Assembly (NCBI GenBank): GCA_964016885.1 | Contig: OZ024743.1 | Span: forward strand, 190,588,001-190,652,000 | Reading direction: 5' to 3' | From: Eledone cirrhosa | Taxonomy: Eukaryota | Length of the DNA: 64,000 nt | Shown here: positions 1 to 13,125 of the stretch, one piece after another | Layout: every line of letters begins with the position of its first letter | Numbering within the stretch: position 1 is the stretch's first letter | The notes under the pieces: model-generated | The model's database searches: none | Told to the model about the DNA's origin: nothing | What the model saw: only the letters and a program-made list of their open reading frames with translations | Made by a program: the position numbers and the translations under genes

Positions 1-20
1 GTAGGGGTCCTACTCTTTCC

Positions 21-122
21 TATATATATATATTTGTGTATGCGTATTTATGTATTTTGTATATGTGTATATATGTGTATTTCTTTAGATGTGTTTGTAT
101 ATGTTTGTATATATGTATATAT

Positions 123-186
<64 letters not shown>

Positions 187-226
187 ATGTATGTATATGT
201 ATGTATATGTATATATATGTATATAT

Positions 227-320
<94 letters not shown>

Positions 321-413
321 CTGTGTGTGTGTATGTATGTATATATATGTATATATAAATATATATGTATGTGTGTATATATGTATACATGTGTGTATGT
401 TTATATATGTATG

Positions 414-484
<71 letters not shown>
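21..484. repeat. Compound (TA)n/(TG)n microsatellite
   Basis: Directly visible dinucleotide runs; overlapping YIYI/CVCV ORFs are artefacts. Confidence 0.95.
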
Positions 485-492
<8 letters not shown>

Positions 493-665
493 GGATACTA
501 TTTATAGTTATGTATATACTATATACAACTATAAACAGGCAAGGTCAGTAATGTGTTACTACCTTATTACCAGCAAGATAAATATCTCAATGTAAGAACA
601 TCATTTGTTATACAGAGCAGTAATATAGAATACACAAGAATCAAAGCTATGTTAGAACATTTAAT

Positions 666-712
666 TGCTGACAATTGTTTCTTACAAGCCTAGGCTTGGT
701 GTCTTCGGAGCA
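666..712 (-). ncRNA. Type I hammerhead ribozyme motif (CCGAAGA core variant)
   Basis: Minus strand: tgct CCGAAGA caccaagcctaggcttgtaa GAAA caattg TC agca, then attaaa; palindromic stem III. Confidence 0.65.
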
Positions 713-1740
713 TTATTAATAATGTTTGTACATATAATCCCCCTCCTATTCCGCTGAAGAATCATACAGATACATATTGTGGAGAACATTGTGGGATGGA
801 TGCGACATATATTATGTTATACTATAATTGTACAATAAGATTCAAAATAAAAATTAAAGGCTTTCGCTGGAGCACCTGTGACAGATAAGAGCGTCAACTA
901 AATAAATAAAATTAAAGAGACAGTACGTGCGTTAGTCATATATAAAGCAATTGAACAAGCAAAAGTATCAAGCATATATGAATGCTGGGTGTTGCATACA
1001 AAATACAAGCACTTAAAGCGGGTGTGTTATTATATTATGGTGGCTGCAATGCGGAGATATTTTCTGTGTAGATCAAATATGTGTGTGTGTAGAATAAGAA
1101 AGTTCCAGGTTTCACATCCATTACATTTGTCACGATATATTTGTATTGAGTGTCTGTTATAGTAATGGCTTGTAATGTAAAGTAACTTAGTGTTATTTAG
1201 TCCGTATCGTATACTACATTTGTAGAGCTGGGAGAATTTACTACTGTTTAATACCCGGAAGTGGGAATGGAAATAAGGGGAGCTAATGCGTAAGGGGAGG
1301 TAACTAGCTCATTATAAAAATAATTAAACTCATTGTTCTAAGGGACATTATATAGTGTTATAATTGAGGGCCTAATATAGAAAATATATATTTATATTTA
1401 ATTTAATTTAAACCCAGTCTACTCTCTCCTAATACATTAAGGTATCATTATAAAGTTGCCTATCAAGTATTATAAAGTGCCATAATTGAATTTCCCATAC
1501 AAAGTGTTATATATTTATATTAATTTAATCTTAGATACAGTCTACCCTCCCAAAATATATCAAAGATTTTACTAGATTGCTGTCTACCCAGTATATGGTA
1601 CGCTATGTAATACCGTATAGCTGTTTGCATGGTAAAATAGATATATCTCTAGAGTAAATAAACACATCCTTTATATACAATGTTATTAATGTTAATCCAT
1701 ACATTTGATTATAGATGTATACATAATTCATTGTACCATA

Positions 1741-2730
1741 GTACTGTGAATTATTGCTAAATATGGTTTCGTTATAAGATAGATTAGAGATTCTGTTAGA
1801 AATACCTTTAGTGATAGAGTTTAATATGGTCTAGGGTGGTTGGTAGGGTGTATATACTTTAGAGTCTAGGTAAAGGGTAGCATCAAGGAAGTTAACATTT
1901 GTAGTGTTTTTGTCTATGGTGATAGTTAAGTTATAGTTTTTGAAGGTTTTATGTAACAGTTTCCTTGTTCTTTCTATATTAAATTTGTTATAGTCTATAA
2001 GGAGTAGTGCATCATCGCGGTATAAACCACCGTTGAGGTATGGTAGGTCCTTATGGATTTCATTTAGTAAATATAGGCCCACCAAATCAGTGACCTGCGC
2101 CGAGTCACTAGACCCCATAGTTATATCAAAGTTGTTATGCGTATCCTTGCAGGTCCATAACTGATCCTCAAATGTAATTATGGTTTTTCGGGCCGCAAGT
2201 ATGACATCAATTTGGGATCTAGTCAGGTCACTGTTGTTCATGGCCATAATGAGTGCCTTATTTAATAGGATGGGGGAAATAGAGGTGTAGTATGAATTGA
2301 TATCAAACTGAATGAATGTTTTATTTTTGTTCTCTTTAATTCCTCTAAACCATTCAATAACTTCACCTGTATATCCCCACTGTTTAAGAAATACTTTGTG
2401 CTTAATCTGCGGGATGATTTTATCTAAAATGTACTTACTGATAATGCCAATGTCTGATTTGGAAGGGCAGATTAGTCTTATTGAAGGGTTACTAATGAAA
2501 TCTTCCTTATGGTCCTGCAGATAGAATCTTGGGGGGTTAGGGGTGTATGGCTGTTAATGATTCTGAAGTCCCAGTTTAGACACTATACTATGGCCCTCGG
2601 AATTAATATCTTCTAGGTTTTTTGTAGTAGTCTTCTTATAGCTCCTGTGTAGCTCTTTATATATACATTTTCTATATGTATCATAATCTAGGCTATATAT
2701 ATTATTAGTTTTTTCTGAATGTACAATCAT
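1741..2730 (-). pseudogene. Penelope-like reverse transcriptase fragment (frameshifted, truncated)
   Basis: ORF 1831-2247: FDITMGSSDSAQVTDLVGLYLL, GGLYRDDALL, VNFLDATL; upstream EKTNNIY motif. Confidence 0.9.
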
Positions 2731-3786
2731 TTTATTATTTGTATTGAATGCAATATGGAACAATGAATTATGTATACATCTATAATCAAATGTATGGATT
2801 AACATTAATAACATTGTATATAAAGGATGTGTTTATTTACTCTAGAGATATATCTATTTTACCATGCAAACAGCTATACGGTATTACATAGCGTACCATA
2901 TACTGGGTAGACAGCAATCTAGTAAAATCTTTGATATATTTTGGGAGGGTAGACTGTATCTAAGATTAAATTAATATAAATATATAACACTTTGTATGGG
3001 AAATTAAATAATGGCACTTTATAATACGTGATAGGCCACTTTATAATGAAACCGTAATGCAGTAGGAGAGAGTAGGCTGGGTTTAAATTAAATTAAATAT
3101 AAATATATAGTTTCTATATTAGGCCTTCAATTATAACACTATATAATGTCCCTTAGAACAATGAGTTTAATTATTTTTATAATTAGCTAGTTACCTCCCC
3201 TTACGCATTAGCTCCCCTTATTTCCATTCCCACTTCCGGGTATTAAACAGTAGTAAATTCTCCCAGCTCTACAAATGTAGTATACGATACGGACTAAATA
3301 ACACTAAGTTACTTTACATTACAAGCCATTACTATAACAGACACTCAATACAAATATATCGTGACAAATGTAATGGATGTGAAACCTGGAACTTTCTTAT
3401 TCTACACACACACATATTTGATCTACACAGAAAATATCTCCGCATTGCAACCACCATAATATAATAACACACCCGCTTTAAGTGCTTATATTTTGTATGC
3501 AACACCCAGCATTCATATATGCTTGATAGTTTTGCTTGTTCAATTGCTTTATATATGACTAACGCACGTACTGTCTCTTTAATTTTATTTATTTAGTAGA
3601 CGCTCTTGTATTATCTGGCACAGGTGCTCCACCAAAAGCCTTTAATTTTTATTTTGAATCTTATTGTACAATTATAGTATAACATAATATATGTCGCATC
3701 CATCCCACAATGTTATCCACGATATGTATCTGTATGATTCTTCAGCGGATTATGAGGCTGATTATATGTACAAACATTATTAATAA

Positions 3787-3833
3787 TGCTCCGAAGACAC
3801 CAAGCCTAGGCTTGGAAGATACAATTGTCAGCA
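3787..3833 (+). ncRNA. Inverted copy of the hammerhead motif, probably inactive (GAAA to GATA)
   Basis: tgct CCGAAGA ... GATA caattg TC agca attaaa. Confidence 0.5.
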
Positions 3834-3866
3834 ATTAAATGTTCTAACATAGCTTTGATTATTGTG

Positions 3867-3968
<102 letters not shown>

Positions 3969-4021
3969 ATGTGTGTGTGTGCGTGGGTGGGTGTATGTCT
4001 ATGTGTGTATATGTGAATTTG

Positions 4022-4594
4022 TCTGTTGACACCTGGAATATAGCTTAAGAGAAACATGACAATACTGATATGATGGGCACCCGATATTTTGAACTGGTTT
4101 ATAAAATTCTCTTGGCCTTTGTCACTCTAAATAGAGCTTTAAAGAATTAGCTTTTAAAGAATTTCCCTTTTCTTTAAATCCATCAACCATGCCCGACCCC
4201 CAACCATCTTATAGACACCTGAAATATAGGCATTGTTAGCTTAAGAGAAACTTAAGAATAAGGAGTGACACCCCATTCTGAACTTGATTATAGAATTCTT
4301 TCTGCCTTTGTCACTCTAAATATAAATTATAGCCTTAAAGAATTACCTTTTATTGAAATCCCTTTTCTTTCAACAAATGACCTCCACCCATCCCACTCCC
4401 GACCCTCTCCTACCACATAAAAAGATATAAAACCACCACATTTATTTTGGAAAGCCAGATTCCTGATGATTTCTAAAGAATGAAACAGTTCTAATCCTGT
4501 AGAATCTAATCTATATTAAAACATTTATACTCTGCTATGTATTGAGTACCTTATTTACCGTGGTTACCTCCAATTCAACCCGGAATAACTTACC
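4022..4594 (+). mobile_element. Non-coding HHR-bearing repeat, family A (pLTR-like), with an internal ~190-nt direct duplication
   Basis: Homologous copies at 49024-49550, 51638-55650 (split by hAT) and 57330-57642. Confidence 0.75.
4457..4507 (+). ncRNA. Type I hammerhead ribozyme
   Basis: agattc CTGATGA t ttc taaa gaa t GAAA cag ttctaatc ctg TA gaatct; all three stems pair and the core is canonical. Confidence 0.85.
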
Positions 4595-5691
4595 TATATA
4601 TATATATGTGTGTGTGTGCGTGTGTTTATGTGTGTGTATGTGTGTGTGTGAGTATAAACATACACACACATTTATATGTGTGTATATGTGTATATATATA
4701 TACATGTGTATATATATATATACATAGGTATGTACAATCATCTGTAAACACACACACACATATATATATAAATGTGTATATGTGTATATATGTATATATA
4801 TATATGTGTGTGTGTGAATGTATGCATACACATACATACATTGCCCTTAGAGGTAAATCATTGTTACTAAATATTACAATCGTTGATGAAATATGTTTCC
4901 TTCTTTTCTATGATGTATTATTATTACTCTGGGTCAGAGATTTTTTTGAACTTTGTTTTTATCATGTATTCTATTGTTTTCTTCTTCACTCAAATTATCA
5001 GATGTTAAAAGGGGATTCAAAAACAAACTAAGTCTCAAAAGCTATCAGTTGATAGACATAACAACTTTGCTTAGAAATTTATTTTATTTTGAATTCCATT
5101 AATGTTCTTTTGTACTCTCCTCAGAATATTATGTTGAAGATGTTGTTTTGGAAAACAGAAAACAAAGGACACTTTTATCATAATATATTTTCAAATTTCT
5201 GTTATTGTGTCTCGTTTTTGTTAGCTATTTTTTCGTATATTTTGAACCTCATGACAATTATGTGGCAAGTTACACAATATAAAATGTCCTACTATAGCTA
5301 TCAATCTATTTTACACAACTTGATGAACATCTCTCAATCATATGATATTTCTTTATATTATGATTGAGGTTTTGTTAATTTTTTGCCATCCCTTATATTA
5401 TATTTTTTGCAACATTTATAGTATGTATGTAATTGTCATATTGTTATTGATACAATTGCATTAGTATAGATATAGAGTTTATCAACTACAACGATATAGT
5501 CAGACATTCTTTGCAAATGATGTCCGAAACATATTCATTGTTGTCCCTGTATTAACAAAGATAAGATTCATTCACTATTGTAACATATATTTGATTATTT
5601 CTGGTTAATATTTATTCCCGTGTTGCCTACTCTGTTCGTTGTGACCAAAATCAATAATTAAGATAGGGATCTTTTTCTCTTTATATGTGAA

Positions 5692-5891
5692 NNNNNNNNN
5701 NNNNNNNNNNNNNNNNNNNNNNNNNNNNNNNNNNNNNNNNNNNNNNNNNNNNNNNNNNNNNNNNNNNNNNNNNNNNNNNNNNNNNNNNNNNNNNNNNNNN
5801 NNNNNNNNNNNNNNNNNNNNNNNNNNNNNNNNNNNNNNNNNNNNNNNNNNNNNNNNNNNNNNNNNNNNNNNNNNNNNNNNNNNNNNNNNNN
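5692..5891. other. Assembly gap (200 N)
   Basis: Run of N. Confidence 1.
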
Positions 5892-5975
5892 AGCAAAACA
5901 CACAACCCTGTCCAGGAATTGAACCCACAACGTTATGGTCATAAGTCCAACACCCTTACCACTAGACCATGCGAT
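5892..5975 (-). mobile_element. tRNA-like SINE head, cut by the gap
   Basis: Minus strand has A-box-like tggtctagtggt and B-box gggttcaattcc. Confidence 0.55.
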
Positions 5976-6038
5976 TCCATATATATATATATATATATAT
6001 ATATGTTTGTGTGGGGGGAGGGGGTGTAAACATATATA

Positions 6039-6377
<339 letters not shown>

Positions 6378-6382
6378 ATATA

Positions 6383-6470
<88 letters not shown>

Positions 6471-6472
6471 GG

Positions 6473-6526
<54 letters not shown>

Positions 6527-6582
6527 TAATAAAAATAATGAATAAAAACAAAGAAACAGTTCCTTATATTAAAAAATTCATC

Positions 6583-6688
6583 ATTTTACGATCGTTTCTA
6601 GGATATATCTGTGTGTGTTGGTATGTATTTTTACAAACTATCAGAGGGAATATACATACCTAGACATATATATGCTGTCTTCAGAATT
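6583..6688 (-). ncRNA. Hammerhead motif with long stem II insertion
   Basis: Minus strand: aatt CTGAAGA cagc...ccta GAAA cgatcg TA aaat. Confidence 0.6.
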
Positions 6689-7416
6689 AATGATAATTGT
6701 TTATTGAAAAAAACAAACAAAGATTTAATATAATAGGTCTGTTTGGGAACAGGTTTTGAATTGACCAATAGAAAGGTAGTAAGTGGTCAAGTTGATAGAA
6801 TAGTAGTAGTAGAAATTTAATTTAGGGGTAGAGGAAAGCATACTTCAGTTTGGAATGGAAAAAGTATTTTGAATGAAAAGATTACTTTGGGGATGAAAAT
6901 ACGTCAAGCCGGTGAAAGCTACACGAAACTTTGATGTTATTAAAGAATAATGCTAATGTTAAAATCTAAGGAGAATAACATTTTACGATAAATTTTATGA
7001 AAAATATCAATATTATTTAAAATATAAAGAATTTAGATCTATAAAAAGAAAATAAATTAATTTAATTGATAGGTATATTTATATGAATAAATTTATATTA
7101 ATTCATATAGATATGATAAATAAGAGTTAGATGTAATTAAAGAATGTTGTTAAAAACGAAGGGGGGAAAAAAAAAGAATTTTTTTGGTGGGGATAAATGT
7201 ATTAGTGAGAAATAATAAACTTATTTAGATTACAAGGAATATAGATTCAAAACCTGAAATTAAAATAGTTTATATGTATACTTATAGGTATAAATTTTAT
7301 GAAAAGATAGCTGTAAAAGGGAAATACAATTATGCAGTTCATTAGTAGTAGAATATTAATTATAGGTTAGCTAATTTAAAAAAATTAATTATAATAAATT
7401 GTAAAGTGTCTATTAA

Positions 7417-7868
7417 TTAGGTTTATAATATTTAAAAGTTCTTCTAATTTTATGATTACATGATATAATTAATTATTGTCGCTTATTTAATAGGATATCC
7501 TTAGATTTCATTATTTCAAAAAGTTCCTGGGAACATAATCTACATTCATACCTATTATTTTGATAAGGGGTGGCTCTTTTGAGCACACTCCAGGTTAGGT
7601 TATAATCTATATTCTTTTTTCTATATTTATTAATTATTTCAGCTAAGGATGTTGTATTAGCTAATGCGGCATTTTTAAAACTGAGTTTGTGGGTATTAAA
7701 TCTTACTTTAAATTGGTTAGAAGTAGCTCCTATATAAGTTGAGTCCTTAGTGTTAGTTTTACATTTATATACTATGTTATTAATAAGGCAATTTCCTTTT
7801 AATGGGCAATTAGCTTTGTTTCTACAGTTACAACCTTTCGTGAATGTTATATCAGGGGAGTTAGTCAA
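7417..7868 (-). pseudogene. PLE GIY-YIG endonuclease domain fragment
   Basis: CNCRNKANCPLKGNCL..IVYKC...YIG....FKVRFNTHK.SF, CRLCSQE, LLNKR. Confidence 0.9.
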
Positions 7869-8360
7869 ATTAGGTGTGAAATTTTCTCGACTTGTTGTAT
7901 GTGAATGAGATGGTGGTTTGCTGTGGTTTATTTTAGTATTATGGTTAGTTTGATGTATTGGTGGTATATTCCTTGTAATCTATATAAGTTTATTATTTCT
8001 CACTAATACATTTATCCCTCCCCAAAAATTATTTTTTTCCCCTTCGTTTTAAACAACATTCTTTAATTATATCTAACTCTTATTTATCATATCTATATGA
8101 ATTAATATAAATTTATCCATATAAATATATTTCGTTTCTGAATTTGTTTAGCAAGATTCTTTATCTGAAATCGTGTGTTGAAACCGATATTGTTATACTT
8201 TGGGAGGGTCATGTTGCCAATAAGAAACACGCACCAGTTGCTTTCACTTCAATTTATTATATATTTATAAATTTATAAATTTACAAATTTACAAATTTAC
8301 AAACTTATAAATTTCTGGCTGGTTGGTTGGTTCCACAACCAGATAGTTGTTTATATATAT

Positions 8361-8405
8361 AGTCATAGTCCTTTCGTCACACACTCTGTGACCTCTTCAG
8401 TGACT
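8361..8405 (-). ncRNA. Minimal type I hammerhead ribozyme
   Basis: Reverse complement of 8784-8828. Confidence 0.75.
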
Positions 8406-8783
8406 GGGGATTCCTTTCTTCGTTTCTGTGCCTTTCCTTTCTTCTATCCTACGCCATTTTGTTTCTGTGTGTGTGTTGTGTGCTCAGTTTGCGCATGCGC
8501 CACATCCGGGTGTCTGTGTGTGTTTGTGTTCATTTTTCTATTTTTCTATTTATATTTTTCTATTTGTTTATTTATTTATTTATTTATTGTTGGTTGGTTG
8601 TTTGTTCTATGTGTGTGTGTGTTTTCATTTTGTCCATAAATAGAAAAATAGAAAAATGAACACAAACACACACAGACACCCGGATGTGGCGCATGCGCAA
8701 ACTGAGCACACAACACACACACAGAAACAAAATGGCGTAGGATAGAAGAAAGGAAAGGCACAGAAACGAAGAAAGGAATCCCC

Positions 8784-8828
8784 AGTCACTGAAGAGGTCA
8801 CAGAGTGTGTGACGAAAGGACTATGACT
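8784..8828 (+). ncRNA. Minimal type I hammerhead ribozyme
   Basis: agtca CTGAAGA g gtcaca gagtg tgtgac GAAA ggac TA tgact. Confidence 0.75.
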
Positions 8829-9397
8829 ATATATATAAACAACTATCTGGTTGTGGAACCAACCAACCAACCAGAAATTTATAAGTTTGTAAATTTGTAA
8901 ATTTGTAAATTTATAAATTTATAAATATATAATAAATTGAAGTGAAAGCAACTGGTGCGTGTGTTTCTTATTGGCAACATGACCCTCCCGAAGTATAACC
9001 ATATAAATATACCTATCAATTAAATTAATTTATTTTCTTTTTATAGATCTAAATTCCTTATATTTTAAATAAGATTGATATTTTTCACTAACACATTTAT
9101 CATAAAATGTTATTCTCCTTAGATTTTAACATTAGCATTATTCTTTAATAATATCAAATTTTCGTGTAGCTTTCACCGGCTTGACGTATTTTCATCCCCA
9201 AAGTAATCTTTTCATTCAAAATACTCTTTCCATTCCAAACTGAAGTATGCTTTCCTCTACCCCTAAATTAAATTTCTACTACTACTATTCTATCAACTTG
9301 AGCACTTACTACCTTTCTATTGGTCAATTCAAAACCTGTTCCCAAACAGACCTATTATATTAAATCTTTGTTTGTTTTTTTCAATAAACAAATATCA

Positions 9398-9580
9398 TGT
9401 GGATTGGCAGTATCGGTAGAGGGTCGGACGCCATGCTTTCCAGCATAGTTACGTCCCTTTACGATATGAGTTCAAATCCCGCCGAGGTTGACTTTGCCTT
9501 TCATCCATACGGGGTCGATAAAATAAAGTACCAGTAATGCACTGGGTAATTAGTGGCCTTGTGCCTAAATTAGAAACAAT
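9398..9580 (+). mobile_element. tRNA-derived SINE, family 1
   Basis: B-box gagttcaaatccc, body gcctttcatcc..ggggtcgataaaataaagtaccag, tail gccttgtgcc..tagaaacaatt; several copies in window. Confidence 0.85.
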
Positions 9581-9581
9581 T

Positions 9582-9707
9582 ATTTCTGACGACAGCATAT
9601 ATATGTGTAGGTATGTATATTCCCTTTGATAGTTTGTAAACATTTTACATAGATCTATATGATATACATACCAACACATATATATATCCTAGAAACGATC
9701 GTAAAAT
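9582..9707 (+). ncRNA. Hammerhead motif with 99-nt stem II region
   Basis: attt CTGACGA [9593-9691] GAAA cgatcg TA aaat. Confidence 0.6.
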
Positions 9708-9896
9708 GATGAATTTTTTAATATAAGGAACTGTTTCTTTGTTTTTATTCATTATTCTTATTAATTTATCTTGACTCTGTTTTCCTGTGTTTTTCATCGA
9801 AAAAATTCTGAATACATCTTCTCTTTTAATGATATTTGGATTACATTGAGTTCTTCATACGGATTGGACACTACCGTATATTTTGGTAGATTTATC

Positions 9897-9981
<85 letters not shown>

Positions 9982-10049
9982 TGATAGGATGTCAATATGA
10001 CGTATATGATATCGTTTTGCATTAATTGCATACTTCCTGTTACCAGTGC

Positions 10050-11510
10050 TGTGCCCGAATGTAGATTGATACCCAATTTTGAATTTCAAGGTGCGACACA
10101 ATTATATGTTTTTAAGGCCTCATTTCTTCTTCACCGAGCTGGCAGTGTTATGTTTTCTATCTTGCAAACTGCACAGAGAAACTTTGTATGTGAGATGCTT
10201 TCAGCTTCTATTTTCGCTCCACAATCGCATAGCTGCTTCCTCAAAGCAACATAATTTATTTCAAATCCTTTCCAAATCCCAGTTTCAATTTCCGTTAGAA
10301 TTTGACCAACCTTCAAACAAACATAAAATCACATCTTAACATTTTTCTGTGGTATCTTCTTGTTCATAACGTTTCCACAGAACGCATAATTGAAAAGCTA
10401 GCAATAAAAAAACCTTGAAATATTACTAACCCATTCCAATCTACTTTTGATGCTCAAACATTTGAACTTCTCAAACACGTCACTTTGGTGAAAATGTTCA
10501 AATAGTCGCTCTTGTCTTTGATGGGTTTTTTCACATGCATAAAGAACCACTGCAGTGGCACAAACCTTGTAACCACACTCAATATTTCACCTTCCCAAAA
10601 ACCTCTGTAGGCGTCGTTACTCTTTGCCAAATTTCCTCATCCAAGATAGCAAAAAGTAAAAGAGTTCTACATAAGAGATTAATTGATAAACTGTTGCAAT
10701 GTTGTGTCACATGCAAAGACAGTAAGTATTCATTAGTGCAGGAGTGAATATTCACTTTAGTTTATGACAAATATATTGTGAAATTCCTTGCACCTGACAC
10801 CCAAATTCAAATCAACTGCATGTCACTTTTGGAATATGCAGCCAAATCACTATCATCAGAATAATTTACTAGATGTTACCTTTAATTATTAAACACTCTG
10901 CATTGTTGCGAAGATATTTTTTATTACAGTAATGATAAGCACTTCAGAGAGTTGTGTTAAAATAGATTAAAAATACAGGGTGGGTCAAGGACGTCATTCT
11001 GCATCACTCCCTTTTCAAAACAACTGGAGATGATAGTTTACCTTATACATTTATCCTTGTTTTTATACCATCATCATGGAGCTACATTAAAATGTCAACA
11101 AATTAGGATGGGCGGCCAACCTTTCTTCATAACATCCAGAGGGTTTTCCTAGTAGATATGTCACTAACAGTAAATATGATACTAACTGCAGTAGACAGTG
11201 TATTGACCTTTATCTGGTAATTAGGGACCTAGAGAAGCTCCTTCATACAGTAAATAGGATAGCACGCTAGATTGTATTAAGAAAGATTAGTTGCTCAATA
11301 TGATTCATCTGCGACCATATTGAGCTTCGCCGTAATGTGTTTAGTCAATTCTATCAACCCCAGCAAGTATTTCTGTGAGGTATTTATTTTATCAACTGAA
11401 AGCAAAAATCTGGAAGAGACACCACAAATGTTCTAAATATCCCCATCCAATGTAACTTCCTTAAATGGCATTTCTTTTAGCGACATTGAAGGGATTAAGG
11501 GAAAAGTTAA
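10050..11510 (-). mobile_element. Highly decayed RTE-type LINE RT remnant
   Basis: Minus-strand traces: KRGVMQNDVLDP (GVxQGxVLxP-like) near 11000, YSDD near 10855, LHDD near 11075. Confidence 0.55.
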
Positions 11511-12804
11511 AGTGTATTTTAGAGAGATTTGAACATAACTGCAGGTCATGTTATCTGGCATTTAAAGAACTTGGCAATAGCAATAGCATGCATGATAACA
11601 ATCACGCATGCAACGACTTCGACTTCTATGTTATTGAAAAATACATTTGTGTGTTGCATACAAATATTCTTTACCTAATCTTTTAATTTTTTGTAAGTAT
11701 ACACTGTCGAAGAGTAGTATTGTGAAATAGGACTTTCCTTTCATAGTATTTGGAAGATGTCAGAAAATGTTTATAAGTAATGTTCAGCAATAAAAAGAAA
11801 GGTGAAATGAAAAAGTTAGTAAATTCAAACAATAAAATGTTCATGTTTTGTGGTCTTAAATGGATATTTCTCAAACTCTATTGGTAATAAATGTTACCAT
11901 AACAGAGAAAACAAATTTCAAGCTAACATTTCCTTTCTTCTTTCTCCTTGTTACAAGCTTGTAACAGTCTAATATGAGAACAATTAAACTCAATCAAACT
12001 TCCATCTGACATTTTCAAGACCAGATATAATACTAGGTAATGCCACAAGAATATAATTGGAAATTCCTGAAAAAGAAATTTAAAATAAAGAATAAAAGCT
12101 TAAAATAAAGTAATATAAACTGCACAAAATAATCCAGGAACTATTTTGTTTTCTCTTTGGCAGATTGAATGCGAAGAATAAAAGCCAATAAATCAAAAGA
12201 AAATAATCTATCAGAAGTACTGAGAACAACCTGTTATGTTTATCTGTACTCCAATCATGTTTTAGTATTGGATTGTAGATAAAAGATATTGTCTAAAGAG
12301 AATTAATCATTGTCTGGCCATAGCGTTAATGGCATTTCTTCACGGAATCGCTATGTTTCATATTTCAAATAATACCAACTTAGTGAGAATTTCACGATTA
12401 CCAATTTGCTATAAACTACTAACAATATATTATCTAAATTTACAAAGAAATGGCTGAAAGACACATTATACTTGATAGAAATAAAAATATTTTCCCCTAT
12501 AAACACATTAAGTGGGGGATTTATTTAAATGTATTAATATACTTTAAGGGACTTTGTTCATTTACGATCATTTTCTAGTTCTGAAAATGACTGCTGGTAA
12601 ATGGACTAGTCTAATAGCCAAATCTGCAATACATGAGAAAGCAGCTGTTCATTTAAATTTCACAAGTTCATGAGGAAAGGCGCCAAGTACCAACGGCCTA
12701 ACCTAAAAAATCTTTCGATTGTCCTAAGTTGATCAGAGTTCTTTCTTTACGCGCAGTCGATTTGATATGTTGCTTGCCGTAGATGCTGTTGTAGTTGTTG
12801 TAGT

Positions 12805-13125
12805 TGCACAGGTTTGCAACTCTGAATCAGACCACTGGTGACAAGTGCCATCCTTCTGCAAATACCTGAGACAAAACCTTGAACTCTGCATTTAGCAGAG
12901 ACATGTGATAACATTGTCAATGCTATCGATCTTGTTCATGTCCTTTCTCAGATTCAACACCACAACTCAGCTCACAGAACTGATAATGCTTCTATTTCAC
13001 CATCAATTGCTGTAGACATCTGCCAAGAGGTTGTCCAAATAGTGTGACACAATAGCATAACACTAATTCTGCAGACCATCAGAATCAGGCGATTTACCCC
13101 TTATGAAGGTAGTTATCGCCTCACG
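12805..13125 (-). mobile_element. Decayed L1/Tx1-like LINE RT N-terminal remnant
   Basis: Minus strand: KGKSPDSDGL...LADVY...LRKDMNKIDSIDN...QTCA, with stops and frameshifts. Confidence 0.55.

Larger units (their letters stand above)
8130..8998. mobile_element. Nested non-coding fold-back element (arms 8191-8553 / 8636-8998) with an HHR in each arm and a 13-bp TSD
   Basis: Near-perfect inverted arms; ccatataaatata at 8117-8129 and 8999-9011; the uninterrupted site is visible in the left arm of the host element (~7070-7100). Confidence 0.85.
6521..9769 (-). mobile_element. 5'-truncated Penelope-like element with an inverted 3' UTR copy (arms 6521-7243 / 7966-9769); right arm interrupted by two insertions
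   Basis: Arms are reverse complements once 8130-8998 and 9398-9580 are removed; same family as 58870-61268. Confidence 0.85.

Noticed and set aside
34-595. Many long ORFs rich in YI/CV/TH dipeptides (also 46700-49050, 50300-51250, 55600-56200, 63000-63400)
   Set aside because: Translations of dinucleotide microsatellites, which lack stop codons
9398-9490. tRNA gene calls at SINE heads
   Set aside because: No complete cloverleaf; continuous with SINE body and tail
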